From: Octopus sinensis
Lineage: Eukaryota
Reading direction: 5' to 3'
NCBI RefSeq assembly: GCF_006345805.1
Contig: NC_042997.1
Location: forward strand, 125,116,001 to 125,180,000
DNA length: 64,000 bases
Positions 1-12,002 of this stretch are shown here, piece after piece (within the stretch, counting starts at the first letter, position 1; the number at the start of each line of letters is the position of its first letter). The position numbers and the translations under genes are program-made. The notes below the pieces were generated by a model, which was not told the DNA's origin, did no database searches, and saw only the letters and a program-made list of their open reading frames with translations.

Positions 1-150
1 AGGAGATTTGTCATGGATTCCGTATGGCAAATTTCACTCACGTGTCTTCAACCGATTCGAAGTTTGCTCAAAGCCAAGGGGCTGCATAAAGTTGGATTGA
101 ACGCAGAACCCCATAGCTCAGAACGAACTTGTTAACGATACAACCATGTC
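1..150 (-). mobile_element. Degenerate 5' half of SINE family A
   Basis: Aligns by eye with the minus-strand head of the family A copy at 8690-8835 (caaatttcactcac... ggattgaacgcagaaccc... caaccat). Confidence 0.5.
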
Positions 151-717
151 TGAGTATATATTATATATTATGTTATATCAACACCTTAGCATCCAAAATT
201 TAAATCTCTCCCTAAGTCACAAACAAGAAACGCTAGCAGGTTACCAACTGACTAATACAGATTCCTTCACAATTTTATACTAGTGAAAAAAAAATGGTTG
301 AATTCTATGATAATATATGCTGTTTTTGCAGATGTTCTTTGAACTAAATGCAACAATAATCCATTCTATATAAATGGTACTTCATACGCATTCTATTCAA
401 AATTTGGCTTAATCGGATTATGTAATTCTTCAGAATAGCTTCAATCTGATGGAAAAATTTTCACAGATGTACATCACACTTACTGAATATTTTGTTTTCC
501 TCACAGCATGATTGTATAGGCTATAGATTTATATATATATATATATATAATATATATAATGACATGTCTGTATATTTGAGTAACTGTGAGTGGGTAAGCG
601 CTTTTGGGTAGATTTATATATATGGGAAGGCAGACAGATAGATAAATAGATAGATAGATAGGTAGATAGATAGATATGTAGATCACTCGCGCTCTCTCAA
701 TCTCTCTCTCTTTCTCT

Positions 718-796
<79 letters not shown>

Positions 797-798
<2 letters not shown>

Positions 799-1040
799 CT
801 GTTATATAAAATTCGTTCTGTTTGTGTGTGTGTGGCTTATAGGATCTCGAGCATCCTCCATCCGATTGCGCTCAAATTTGATATGTAAATACCGGCGGTA
901 TCAGGGCGTGTATAAGTCTTGAAAACATTACAAAAATCGATTCCAGGTGAGAAGGCGATCGATAAAGCCGTGGGAAATCGTTTTTCTTTGGAATAGAAAA
1001 AAAGTCTATCTTTATTTCTTCTTTTGCTGGTGTCTCAAAT
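797..1040 (+). mobile_element. Possible non-autonomous Helitron/Helentron (HINE-like) 5' fragment
   Basis: Starts TATCTGTTATATAAAATTCGTTCTGTTTG, then a short (TG)n and CATCCGATTGCGCTCAAATTTG, a layout I recall from HINE/DINE-like elements. No 3' hairpin verified. Confidence 0.3.
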
Positions 1041-1139
1041 TTAGGTTAAATCAGTGTTTCTCAAAGGGGGACGGGCTATGGAATAGTCGGACAAGTTACT
1101 GTGAGAAAATTTGGTTTAAATGTTTGACAACTCAGCATC

Positions 1140-1830
1140 ATCCATTAAACGGGGGGGGGGCGTTTTGCCAGAATCTGGTACATGCATTTCCTTCTGTGGT
1201 CCTGAGATCTTCTAAACGTCTTTGATTTTGGCCACCAGCTCTGCTTTGGTGTTTCAAGCAGAGCGGTTGGTATCTTTCTCAACTGCACCCACGAATAGTA
1301 ATCCATGATATTACAATCAGTAGAATTTGGGGCCTAGAAATCGGGGGTGGTGAAGGTGTAGAAAATCTCCGGTGACCTATTCTTGCTCTTTCCGGAAGTA
1401 TGACAAGGAAATAAAGTCATGCGGCCATACATATGGTATTGACCGTAGTCTCTATCAATTACACATAGCCGTCTGAATTGGGCCTAAGGCCCATTCCAAG
1501 ATGTAGGGCACCAAAACATCACTTTCAAAAGAGAGACATCCTAAAGCTATCACGATCCTGTTTGTAGTCTTTGTATGTCACATCTTACAGCCTTTATAGT
1601 ATTCACAGAACATTGCGCAGCAGTCACGATAACGCCATTTTGATACCCGGAGCGATTCTTTATGATACTATTAACTCTTCTCCAATATTCGGAAGGCTCC
1701 CAGTTCTACATGCCTCATCTCCAACCTAAGTATTTACACTCGGCACGCCGTTGCCGTTGCCGGTTCATCAATACTTTATACTGAGTTATGTTCCATGTTG
1801 TAGCTAACCGCATCGGTTAGTATTTCATGT
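1140..1830 (-). mobile_element. Degenerate Tc1/mariner transposase relic, DD37D (maT-like)
   Basis: Minus-strand translation across frameshifts and stops: ALGCLSFESDV..GLRPNSDGYV..PYVWPHD..PCHTSGKS..F*APNSTDCNIMDYY..WGAVEKDTNRSA*NTKAELVAKIK. There are 37 residues between the second and third catalytic D once one frameshift is corrected. Confidence 0.8.
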
Positions 1831-2809
1831 CTATGGCTATTATTAGCTGTCACTCACTTTGTAAATTCTTCTGATGAGTAATCCCGTGTTCGCTTCTCTG
1901 GGTGATAACATTATCTGGAATGTACATTAGTAATAATTATAATGATATAGAATATGGAGACTTGTTCGTCCACAAACTTGTTTCCTCTCAATTAATATTC
2001 CGTGCAGCATATTTTTATGGCTGTTCCGACCAAAACAATTTTTCCACTTAAAAAGTACGAGCATTTTCACATGCAACTGGGCACGATCTGTGAAGCTTTT
2101 TTCAGAGATAGCGTATTCCAACACTATCGTATTCTTAGCAAAACTATACAGTCAGTATTCTAGATTTGGTAAGCTATATCATTCAATGCTGATACAGCTT
2201 TAATTCGAATAATATGGTAGTAAATTCCTCTACCTCTGCAACATTTTCATCTGTTAAGTATGCGATCAATTAAGCTGCGTTATATGTTGCATTGCAGCGT
2301 TTTGAGGCTTAGTATTCTATTTGAAACGTACGTAACTAATAAATTATTAACAATTTTCCATCCTTTCATGCGTTTTGTATCATAATCTGTGACTTTATAC
2401 TGAATATATTCAGTATTCGATCTTCGGATTTTCGAACTTGACAGGTGGAAGAAAGTGGTTTTACAACAGACGTGGATTATGTTGGCATTCACTGCAGAAT
2501 TTAGTTAGCCGGGTTTGATACTTACAAAGTGCTTTTAAAGTATTGTTATATAGATATAAATGATAATCAGGATTTTGAAATTTTCGAATACAAACAATAG
2601 TACCATTTCCAGGGAGTGATAAATGCTTTCGAACAGAAAATGTAACTAAGCTAGTGAAAGAGATAAGCGACAGATCATTACGTAACTGCAGGCGGAATGC
2701 AGAAACTTGCTTAAGATGTATGAAATAACGCAAAAGCACGTTAAATGGTGAAACATCACTTCGTTTGATTCAACTGAAGAACTGTGTAGGGTCTACTTCA
2801 AAAAATTGA

Positions 2810-2816
2810 GAAAGAT

Positions 2817-2850
<34 letters not shown>

Positions 2851-2868
2851 TAGATAGATAGATGATAA

Positions 2869-2951
<83 letters not shown>

Positions 2952-3014
2952 GACATATAGATAGATAGATAGAGAGATAGATGATGATAGATAGATCGAT
3001 AGATAGATAGATAT

Positions 3015-3046
<32 letters not shown>

Positions 3047-3095
3047 TTATAGATAGATAGATAGATAGATATAGATAGTATAGATAGATAGATCT
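2810..3095. repeat. Imperfect (GATA)n microsatellite
   Basis: Directly visible. Confidence 0.95.
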
Positions 3096-3136
3096 GTGAT
3101 AAAATCACGCATATAAAAAGGCAGAACTAGAAGTAG

Positions 3137-3269
3137 GAAGAAGAAGAAGAAGAAGAAGAAGAAGAAGAAGAAGAAGAAGAAGAAGAAGAAGAAGAAGAAG
3201 AAGAAGAAGAAGAAGAAGAAGAAGAAGAAGAAGAAGAAGAAGAAGAAGAAGAAGAAGAAGAAGAAGAAG
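3137..3269. repeat. Perfect (GAA)n microsatellite, ~44 units
   Basis: Directly visible. Confidence 0.97.
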
Positions 3270-3770
3270 CTTCATATCATGGTGAGAAGACCTGTGGAAG
3301 GAGAAGGGAATGAAAACCAAATAAAATAAAGGAATGAGAGAGAGAAAGAGAGAGAGAGAGAGAGGTGATAATCGTAGTAATTTCCCTGCAGCATGTGTCT
3401 CTTCATGTATGCATATTTTGTGAAATATACCCAAAGGGTATCAATTAACCAGGAATAGATTAAGCATTAGTTTGATTTTATCTTTCAGAGGGAGATAAAT
3501 AATTGTTGTTGATAGCAACAGATATATCTAGAACCTTCAACATCGCAACGTCGTCTGCATGGAAAACAAATAGTTAAGCCAATGATTATATATATTCAAT
3601 GTAGTGAAGAAAATTTTAGTTATTCAAATACGATGAAGGAATTAGCTCAATGAATTTTTCAAGAGATGCTTGTGATATCTAGGCATCTCAGTAAACATAA
3701 ATTAGAATTAGGCACGCAATGAGAGGAAGATATCATCAATGTAAATGTAATATTACAGTGTTTAAAATTA

Positions 3771-4336
3771 TTGGGTTGTCAGGAAAGTTCGTGCCGGTTT
3801 ATAGTAGCTTACCTTTCGACTTATTTTAGAACATGGTTGAGTCCATAAAATAGAATTTGACTACACCTCCATTTAAAGCACAGTTTAAGCTATCTTTTCG
3901 TGGAAGAAGGTCTATGTTCCTATAACTTGTGTTAATTCTGTAATCCTTTAAAATGCAAGATAAGAAAGTTCATTTTCGGCACTTGATGCTTTGGGAACCA
4001 GACAAACATTACTGCAGCTCGGCTGAGATGTGTTACCCCACCCTCCATATTCACCAGATATTTCTCCTTCGGATTTCCACTTATTCAGGTCTCTGCAAAA
4101 TAGTCTTAATGGTAAAAATTTCAATTCCTTGGATGACCTAAAAAGATACCTTAATAAATTATTTGCCATGAAACCACGTCAATTCTGGGAAGAGGGTATT
4201 TTCTAGTTAAAGGAATCATGGAGACACATTGTGCAACAAAATGGTTCCTATTTTGTTGATTAAAAATGTAATGGCAAGTATCTATTGACCTTTTTCTTTC
4301 CTTTAAAAATCGGCATTAACTTTCCGGAAAACCCAA
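3771..4336 (+). mobile_element. Internally deleted mariner (DD34D) element, MITE-like
   Basis: TA|TTGGGTTGTCAGGAAAGTTCGTGCCG ... CGGCATTAACTTTCCGGAAAACCCAA|TA (TIRs plus TA TSD). Encodes N-terminal MQDKKVHFRHLMLW fused to C-terminal TRQTLLQLG*DVLPHPPYSPDISPSDFHLFRSLQN. Confidence 0.9.
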
Positions 4337-4384
4337 TACAAAGTATCATTCATGTATAATTCGCACTCACCTACAAAATTCATG

Positions 4385-4785
4385 AGTGGATTTGGTCGAC
4401 AGAAACTAAAAGAAGCCCGTCGCGCGAGTGTGTGTTTGGATGTGTGGGTGTGTTTGTGTGTTTGTGTGTCTGTCTATGTGTGTGTGTGTGTGTGTTTGAC
4501 TATGTTCATGCGTTTGGGGGGGTGTATGTGTCTGTCTGTCTGTCTATGTGCATGTTTGTGTGTATGTGTGCCTTTGTCTTCGTGTTTGTTCCCCATCACC
4601 GCTTGACAAACGGTGTTGTGCGTTGGTATCCCCGTAACTTAGCGGTTCTTCGAAAGACACCGATAGAACAAGTACAACACTAAAATAAATAAGCCTTGAG
4701 GCCGATTCATTTGACTGAAAGTTCTTCTAAGCCGTGCCCCAGCATGGCCACAGTCTAATGACTGAAACATGTAATAGGCAAAAGG
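4385..4785 (+). mobile_element. SINE family A, 5'-truncated, with internal (TG)n
   Basis: gagtggatttggt..gaaactaaaagaagcccgtcg, (TG)n, cgcttgacaa..cccgtaacttagcggtt..ccccagcatggccacagtctaatgactgaaac. Confidence 0.8.
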
Positions 4786-4904
4786 CTATATACACGCACG
4801 TAGCGCTTGTGAATAGAGGCAGAAGGATTAGTGTTGGAAACACATCTCGAGGCATTTGTCCTGGTTTTTTACGTTCTGAATTCAAACTTTGCTGTGGTCA
4901 ACTT

Positions 4905-5010
4905 TACTAGGCTTAAAAAGAATAAGTCCTGGGGTTGATTTGCTCGACTGAAGGCGGTGCTCCAGCATGGCCACAGTCAAATGACTGAAACAAGTAAAAG
5001 AGTAAAAGAG
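4905..5010 (+). mobile_element. SINE family A tail-only copy
   Basis: gaataagtcctggggttgatttgctcgactgaaggcggtgctccagcatggccacagtcaaatgactgaaacaagtaaaagagtaaaagag. Confidence 0.85.
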
Positions 5011-5659
5011 ACCAGTACACGCGCGCACACACACACACATAAATACTTGTAAAGGAGCAAGAAATGGAAGGATGTTCAGAAGATTGCTCTCACGTGACTT
5101 TGCTTTCGATCTCACTCTGCAAACAATTTGAGGAAGTGTAAAAGGAATGGAACTAGCGAAAGTAAAACTTATATTAGACTGTTGTGGGGGCTTGTATTGC
5201 TTCGTGACATAAACTCTTGCCCTATTCAAGACAGCCACTTGGCATTGATTGACTACAATGGCGTCCATACTTAGGTAAGAATTTTAAGCAGATATCCGAT
5301 ATGAGATTAGACGGTGAATCATAGCTTCCTCATCTTTTCCATCCACCTGTGTCAAAGACATTATAAAAAGTTCAGAGCAACGACTCTCCTTCTTTTACTG
5401 GTGTACAACTATATGTATATCTATATATAGGGATGTGTGAGCGTGTGTGTGTCTGTGTGAATATATGTGAGTGTGTTTGAGTATGTGTGTTTACGTGCGT
5501 ACGTCCATAAACTGAGAAAGAAAGACAAGGCAATAATATATGTGTGTGTGTGCATGTGTGTGTGCACGCGCGTGTATGTGTATGCGTGTGTGTGTGCATA
5601 TATATATATATATACATATATATATATGTACATATACATACATATATATATATATACAC

Positions 5660-5690
<31 letters not shown>

Positions 5691-5709
5691 CAATTATACA
5701 TATATACAT

Positions 5710-5757
<48 letters not shown>

Positions 5758-6518
5758 CGGAAACACGTGTATACATCTTGTATAGTTTATATCTGTATAT
5801 GTTATTCTTCAAAGAAAACAGTTTCCAAAGAATATTATTGAGTGCCAAAGATTAGTGAGTTGATACGAAATTGGTGATACATTATCTACTGCCACGATCT
5901 GTCTGACAGTGATCAATAATCAAATATCGAATCATCTTTATGGTTGAATATTTCGTTCTTCGCCTCTGTATCAGGAACACCTGGCCACCAAAAAATCAAT
6001 CTGATCAATGATCTTTCTGAAATCTACCTTTTGTTTTTGTTCTTACGCCTGCCATTTGCACCTGCGATCATGTATAATGTTAGAACTAGATCATAAGTAA
6101 TTTAGCTGCTATATCTAGCAGTTCTTGCAACAACAGAGCCGTACTCACGCCTGTTCTTCATATTTACGTATTTGGTTGATATTTCTAGCAACATCGTACG
6201 ATGGCCTTGGATCCAGTTAATATATCGTAAGTGTTTTGAGATTTTGAATATCTCTCTGATACTGTTGATTTTATACACAGTATACTTCAGGAACGAAACA
6301 CTTTACACAGTTACGATATCACGCCATGTTTATAGAAAGAGGTTTGTCATCATCACCGTTGTCGCCTTAGTGGTCTTTGCCGTCGTTATCATCGTCTTTG
6401 TAATCGTACCGACAGTCGTTGCCGTTGCTGCTGTCTTCTTCTTCTTCTTCTTCTTCTTCTTCTTCTTCTCCTTCCTACTTCTATTTCTGCCTTTTTTATA
6501 TGCGTGAATTTATCACCG

Positions 6519-6608
<90 letters not shown>

Positions 6609-6993
6609 ATGTCTGTCTGTCTGTCTGTCTTTCTAGTATTAGTAGTAGTTGTTGCTGTCTTCTTCTTTTTCTTCTTCTTCTTCTTCTTCTTCTTCTTCTT
6701 CTTCTTTTCTTCTTCTTCTTCCAACCAGGACTCACGCCATTAGCCACAAAGAATAATCTCTAATTCGAGCCTACATTAAGCTACTAAGAAATGAGTGTGG
6801 CAACTTGAAGATCTACCCACCACACGCGATAGACAGGCGGTTGCACGGGCGCGAAAGCTACGTTGTTATCCTCATTCCAGAAACGTTGGCTTTTAACGGG
6901 TTGGGTACAGAGGGTTCGCAATCTAGACTAGGGTCTGAAAGTTTACCACACCATAGTGGGTTACACCATCATTCCTCTGCTTTGTGGCAGAAG

Positions 6994-7183
6994 TAAGAAG
7001 AAAGAGTGAGAGAAAGTTGTAGTGAAAGAGTACAGTGTGGTTCACCCCCACTCTCCGCCGGAGACTCGTTGAACATAGATGTTTTTGCTTACTAAACACT
7101 CACAACGCTCGGTCTGGGAATCGAAACCGCGTTCTTACGACCGCGAGGCCGCTGCCCTAATCACTGGGCCATTGCGCCTTCAC
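6994..7183 (-). mobile_element. tRNA-derived SINE family C (head and part of body)
   Basis: Reverse complement begins GTGAAGGCGCAATGGCCCAGTGATTAGGG (box A-like), then GGTTTCGATTCCCAGACC (box B-like). Confidence 0.7.
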
Positions 7184-7634
7184 GTTGCTGTTGTGGTAGT
7201 CGTAGACATCATTATCGTTATTGTTGTTGGTACAATTTTATGTTTTTATATATTTTAGTTCCGCCGATGTCATCATGGTCGTCATCATCGTCGTTGCTGC
7301 TGTTTTTAGTGCCTTCGAAATAACTCGTCCTCGTTGGCATTGTCGTTCTCATTTACTTCCACCTCTACCCTGATTGATCAGACTTATGCATCAAAGGCAT
7401 CTAGCAACGACTATAACCGTCTTTTAAGTGTATACAGCACTACATTATGTAATGTTCCTTTCCTTATACCAGAAGTCATTTTATGATTTGAAGGAATCTT
7501 CGCTGCCATTTGTAACAATTCTGGCCATTATACAAAGGCTCTTAACCTGGCTCATGTCAAAACTTCATAGTACACAATATGTAGGAGAAGTTAGGCTGAA
7601 TGCCATAATTTTCTATACTTTAGTACGAATGCTT

Positions 7635-8085
7635 TAAGAGGGGGAGCTGGCAGAATCGGTAGCATGCGAAGCAAAATGCTAATCGGCATTTCGTCCGCCG
7701 TTATATTTTGACTCCAAATTCCACCGAGATTGACATTGCCTTTCATCCTTTCGAGGCAATAAAATAAGTACCAGTCAATCACTGGGGTCAATGTAATTGA
7801 CTTACACTCCCTTTTTGAAATGGATGACCTTGTGCTTTTGATGCGTTAGGTTCCCAGTTCAAACCCTACCAATGTTAACCTTGCTTTTCATCCCTTCGGG
7901 TTCGATATCATAAAGTAACAGTTGGAGGAGTAAGGTAATGCTTCCTAGGAAATTATGCCTAAATCAGAAACCATTGTTTAAGAATATTTACGTGTCGTTA
8001 GGTTCTGAGCTCAAATAATGCAGCGGTCAGAATTGCTTTTTATCTATTCAGGGTCGATAAAATATAATACCAACCAAATAGTTGA
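7635..8085 (+). mobile_element. Cluster of degenerate SINE family B pieces
   Basis: gagctggcagaatcggtagc.. and three successive (g)cctttcatcc(t/c)ttcg(a/g)gg..ataaa..agtac-like cores. Confidence 0.6.
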
Positions 8086-8424
8086 ACGGATATTATGAGC
8101 TTTCCCCTCACTTAAAACTGCTGAATTTCTAGCTAGATTATTTAAGAAAATTTGGCAGCAAACTTGCAGATTCATAGAAGTACCGGAACAAAAAAATGAC
8201 TTCTAAATCTCTCCAGGGTCAATTCAACATTGATCATTTGTGTTCGATTTCCATGAATTAAGGCGCGGCCGTGTGATGAGAGTTTTTCTTCCCAACTACA
8301 TGGTTCCGAGTTTGGTACTTCTGCGTGGCATCTTAGACAAGTGTCTTGTACTATAGCCCCGAGCCGACGAGATCCCTTTGAGTGGACTTTAATAGAAGAA
8401 AATTGCATGGCAGCTTGTCGTATA

Positions 8425-8829
8425 CTCTCTCTTTACTCTTTTACTTGTTTCAGTCATTTGACTGTGGCCATGCTGGAGCACGGCCTTTTAGTCGAGCAAA
8501 TCGACCCCATGACTTATTCTTTGTAAGTCTAGTTCTTATTCTATCGGTTTCTTTTGCCGAACCGCTTAGTTACGGGCACGTAAACACACCAGCATCGGTT
8601 GTCAAGCGATGTTGGGGGGACAAACACAGATATACAAACATATACACACACATAGATATATATATATATATACATATATATGACGGGCTTCTTTCAGTTT
8701 CCGTCTACCAAATCCACTCACAAGGCTTTGGTTGGCCCGAGGCTATAGTAGAAGACACTTGCCCAAGGTGCCACGCAGTTGGACTGAACCCGAAACCATG
8801 TGGTTGGTAAGCAAACTACTTACCATACA

Positions 8830-8835
<6 letters not shown>
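8425..8835 (-). mobile_element. Full-length tRNA-derived SINE family A
   Basis: Head with box A/B, central (TA)n/(TG)n, and tail ..ccagcatggccacagtcaaatgactgaaacaagtaaaagagtaaagag on the minus strand. Confidence 0.9.
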
Positions 8836-8881
<46 letters not shown>

Positions 8882-9574
8882 TATAGGATAAAATTTTCCG
8901 AAAAAATTTCTATCAATGGCCAGCAATATTAAAAAATACCTTTAAAGGTTAAATTTATAAACAACTTATAAACAAGGGCGAAACAAAAAATTCTAATACC
9001 AAATATGTCGAAAATAGTCAAATTGTCAATAACCATATAATTTATCACTATAAGAACGCGTCTCGAAGTAAGCTGACAGAAATTTCTTTAAAAATTTCGT
9101 TATCGTATCGGTCCCAATTTCAGAGTTAATTCATAGGAATTTTCTCCTCGTCAGCGATAAATACGGTAAGAAATAACTGAAATTACTTACTTATACCCAT
9201 GGAAGGAGCAAACACTAAGTCATGAGCACACTTAAGTACCCCAAATATATCCAAAATAGAAATTCTCCAGCACACCTCGAGACACGTGCGATCGGACTGA
9301 AAACTCTCAGAGTGAGAGAGTCCGGAAGTGAACACTATTGAATTTACATCTAATATAGGATAAAATTCTATCAATGGCCAACATATTAAAAATACATTTA
9401 AAGGTTAAATTTATAAGTTGTTTATAAATCTGGAATGCGACATTAGATAACGAAAATGTTGTATTATATATTGTATTCTTTGACAGTCCTTCTATGCCTG
9501 ATTAATAAAATCCTTACTACTCCTTCAATGCCTGATATAATTCTGCATACTCTGGCAAAGAGTGAATCATGTTA

Positions 9575-9880
9575 CTCGAGACACTTCTAAAACGACTGAG
9601 TAATATAGAAGTAAATACTTCTCAAATTACTGAATAATATAGACCTGGATACTCCTGAAACGATTCAGCAATATTATCCAAGAGTCTAAGACACTAGCAC
9701 AAAGCTTGGCGTTGTTGTCCAAGATATTGCTACACATCCCAGTGATATTGTCCTATGTATTCGTTAAACACCTGAATAGCGTTGTCTTGGATACTCTTAC
9801 AACATTTGAATAATGTAGTTCTAGAAACCCCTGCAAAGCCTGAAAAATGTTGCCCGGTATACTCCTTTTCAAAGCTTGTA
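9575..9880. repeat. Highly decayed 33-34 bp minisatellite (~8 units)
   Basis: Units such as gatactcctgaaacgattcagcaatattatccaa, gatactcttacaacatttgaataatgtagttcta and gaaacccctgcaaagcctgaaaaatgttgcccg. Confidence 0.6.
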
Positions 9881-11025
9881 CGATAAAAGACTGGTACGCC
9901 TTTAATCACTCGTCTGCCTGATCATTACTGACAACAAGAAAAACATAACTGATGGCGACGGCGACGCCAAGGATAATAGCAATTGCATAGCAACAACAGC
10001 GGCATCAGCAGCAACTAGAACAATAGCGGTATCTTCAGAACTTTGCGATATATTTCTATAGAAGTATGAATTCCTATTTTTCAACTGTTTAATTTCCATT
10101 CATAGCTGAGAGCTAAATTTAAATATGCATTGCAATTTATTAATATTCTAGCTATTAATTTAAATATGTATCCCACCGGCAAGAGAAGAATAAAATATAA
10201 AAACAAAACACTCATATCTGGCCAGCCACGAACTAATAGCAAACAATGAATTAACCTGCTTACTATGGTAGCAATATAGAATTAATTCTTCAGAAATTCT
10301 ATAGGTTTAGGCGATGGTTTTTGAAGTGATCCGAAAACGTTTTTGAAAATATATTCAATAGTAACTGTATGCTTTGATAGATTCATCTAATGTCTCTACT
10401 TGATACTTTCAAATCATGGGTAATTCTTTGCTAATTATATAGCTTACTAAATAGCTTCTTCCTCTGTCTGCGATACACTTTCGCTGGCATCAAAATAATT
10501 ACCTTCTTCAAACTGAATTCAAAATAAAATGTCCACTTTGAAAGACCGGTCTGATATTACTTAACTGTGTATGTTTTTCTTTTCTTTTCTTTTCTTTTCT
10601 TTTCATTATTTTTTATTGTAGTTTTTCTACGTGTCATTGACATTGATAATGTTGAAGTTTAATCAAATTACACTAGGAGCAGTTATTGATTTGTTCCGCT
10701 TGAGACAAGTGGAGTGAATGAATATAGACAATAACATATAACGTAAGAACCATTGTGGTATTGTGTTTACTGTCTCGAAGCTCCGCCAGCCAACTTCTGA
10801 TCTATTGTGTAATAGCCTTTGAAATTAAAACAAGCTAGCAAAGTTTTCAAAGATATATATGCGTGTGTGTATGTATATGTGTGTATGTGTGTGTGCGCGT
10901 GTGTGTGGATATGTGTGCATATATATATGAATGAGTTTATGTATACATACATATATACCTATATATAGATATAGATATTGAGGTAAATGAACAAATTTAT
11001 GAATAATTATACACACACACACACA

Positions 11026-11084
<59 letters not shown>

Positions 11085-11394
11085 TGTATGTATGTATGTA
11101 TGCATATTTGTATATATTCATAGTACACTCCATTTTCAGAGGTGTTAGAGCGTTGGATAAAACACGCTACGATGCTAGTTCCGGCTCTCTGCTATTTCAG
11201 TTCAGATTGTGTCAAAGTGAACGTTAAACATTATCCTTTGATCTCCATAAATACATCACTAGGTCAGTGTTGCTGTAGCCCTGTTTCGCTATTTCTGGCA
11301 TAACCTTGATGTCCCTCGAGATCAAGTGTGGGCGGTTTATCACAGTATGTCTTTGCGAATATACCGGCGTCGAAAATCATTGACGAAAACAGGC

Positions 11395-11460
<66 letters not shown>

Positions 11461-11912
11461 TGTTTCTTTATTAGCCACACAGGGCTGCACACAGATAGAA
11501 CAAATTACAAGGTAGAGCTTTTCTTTTGAAAGTTTAAAAAAAAAAAAAAGGAGGGGGAGTTTCGATCAAAAGGGATCGTAAAAGGAGAGAAAGAGGACAA
11601 AAAAAAGAGGGGGGTTAAAAAAAGTGGGGAGAGGAAAAAAATTGATCAATAGGAATCGTTATCACAGAAATGTCAATATGAAGTGTAAAGGGGAGGACAG
11701 GTGAGGTTTACCCGTGGAAAGAAAAGCCTACGGAAAAGACCACGGTGACCTCGGTCAATGAAGTCACATGTTATATTTCTTTTTTTTTTTTTTTGCAAAT
11801 AAGCAACTCTCTGTATTAATTTTTACGGTTCATAGAATCATAGTCAAGGTGGCTTCGTCATTCATACGTGCCATCCTTGCTACATTCACCCATCTTTTTT
11901 TAAAACATTCAC

Positions 11913-11913
<1 letters not shown>
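11461..11913 (-). mobile_element. L1/Tx1-clade LINE, short 5'-truncated copy (3' UTR plus last ~30 codons of ORF2)
   Basis: Near-identical to 12003-12500. Flanked by (GATA)n at 11395-11460 and 11913-12002. Confidence 0.9.

Positions 11914-12002
<89 letters not shown>

Noticed and set aside
1052-1140. CAGTGTTTCTCAAA as a hAT TIR
   Set aside because: No partner TIR or TSD found nearby.
1865-1925. CTGATGA followed by a weak stem as a hammerhead
   Set aside because: No GAAA and no convincing stem I or III.
2323-2334. GAAAC GTAC GTA palindromic stem III-like motif
   Set aside because: No upstream CTGANGA or matching stems.
4882-5268. 128-aa minus-strand ORF (MDAIVVNQCQ...) as a host exon
   Set aside because: The first ~75 codons match nothing I recognise and the rest runs through (TG)n and a SINE tail. 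Splice signals are weak.
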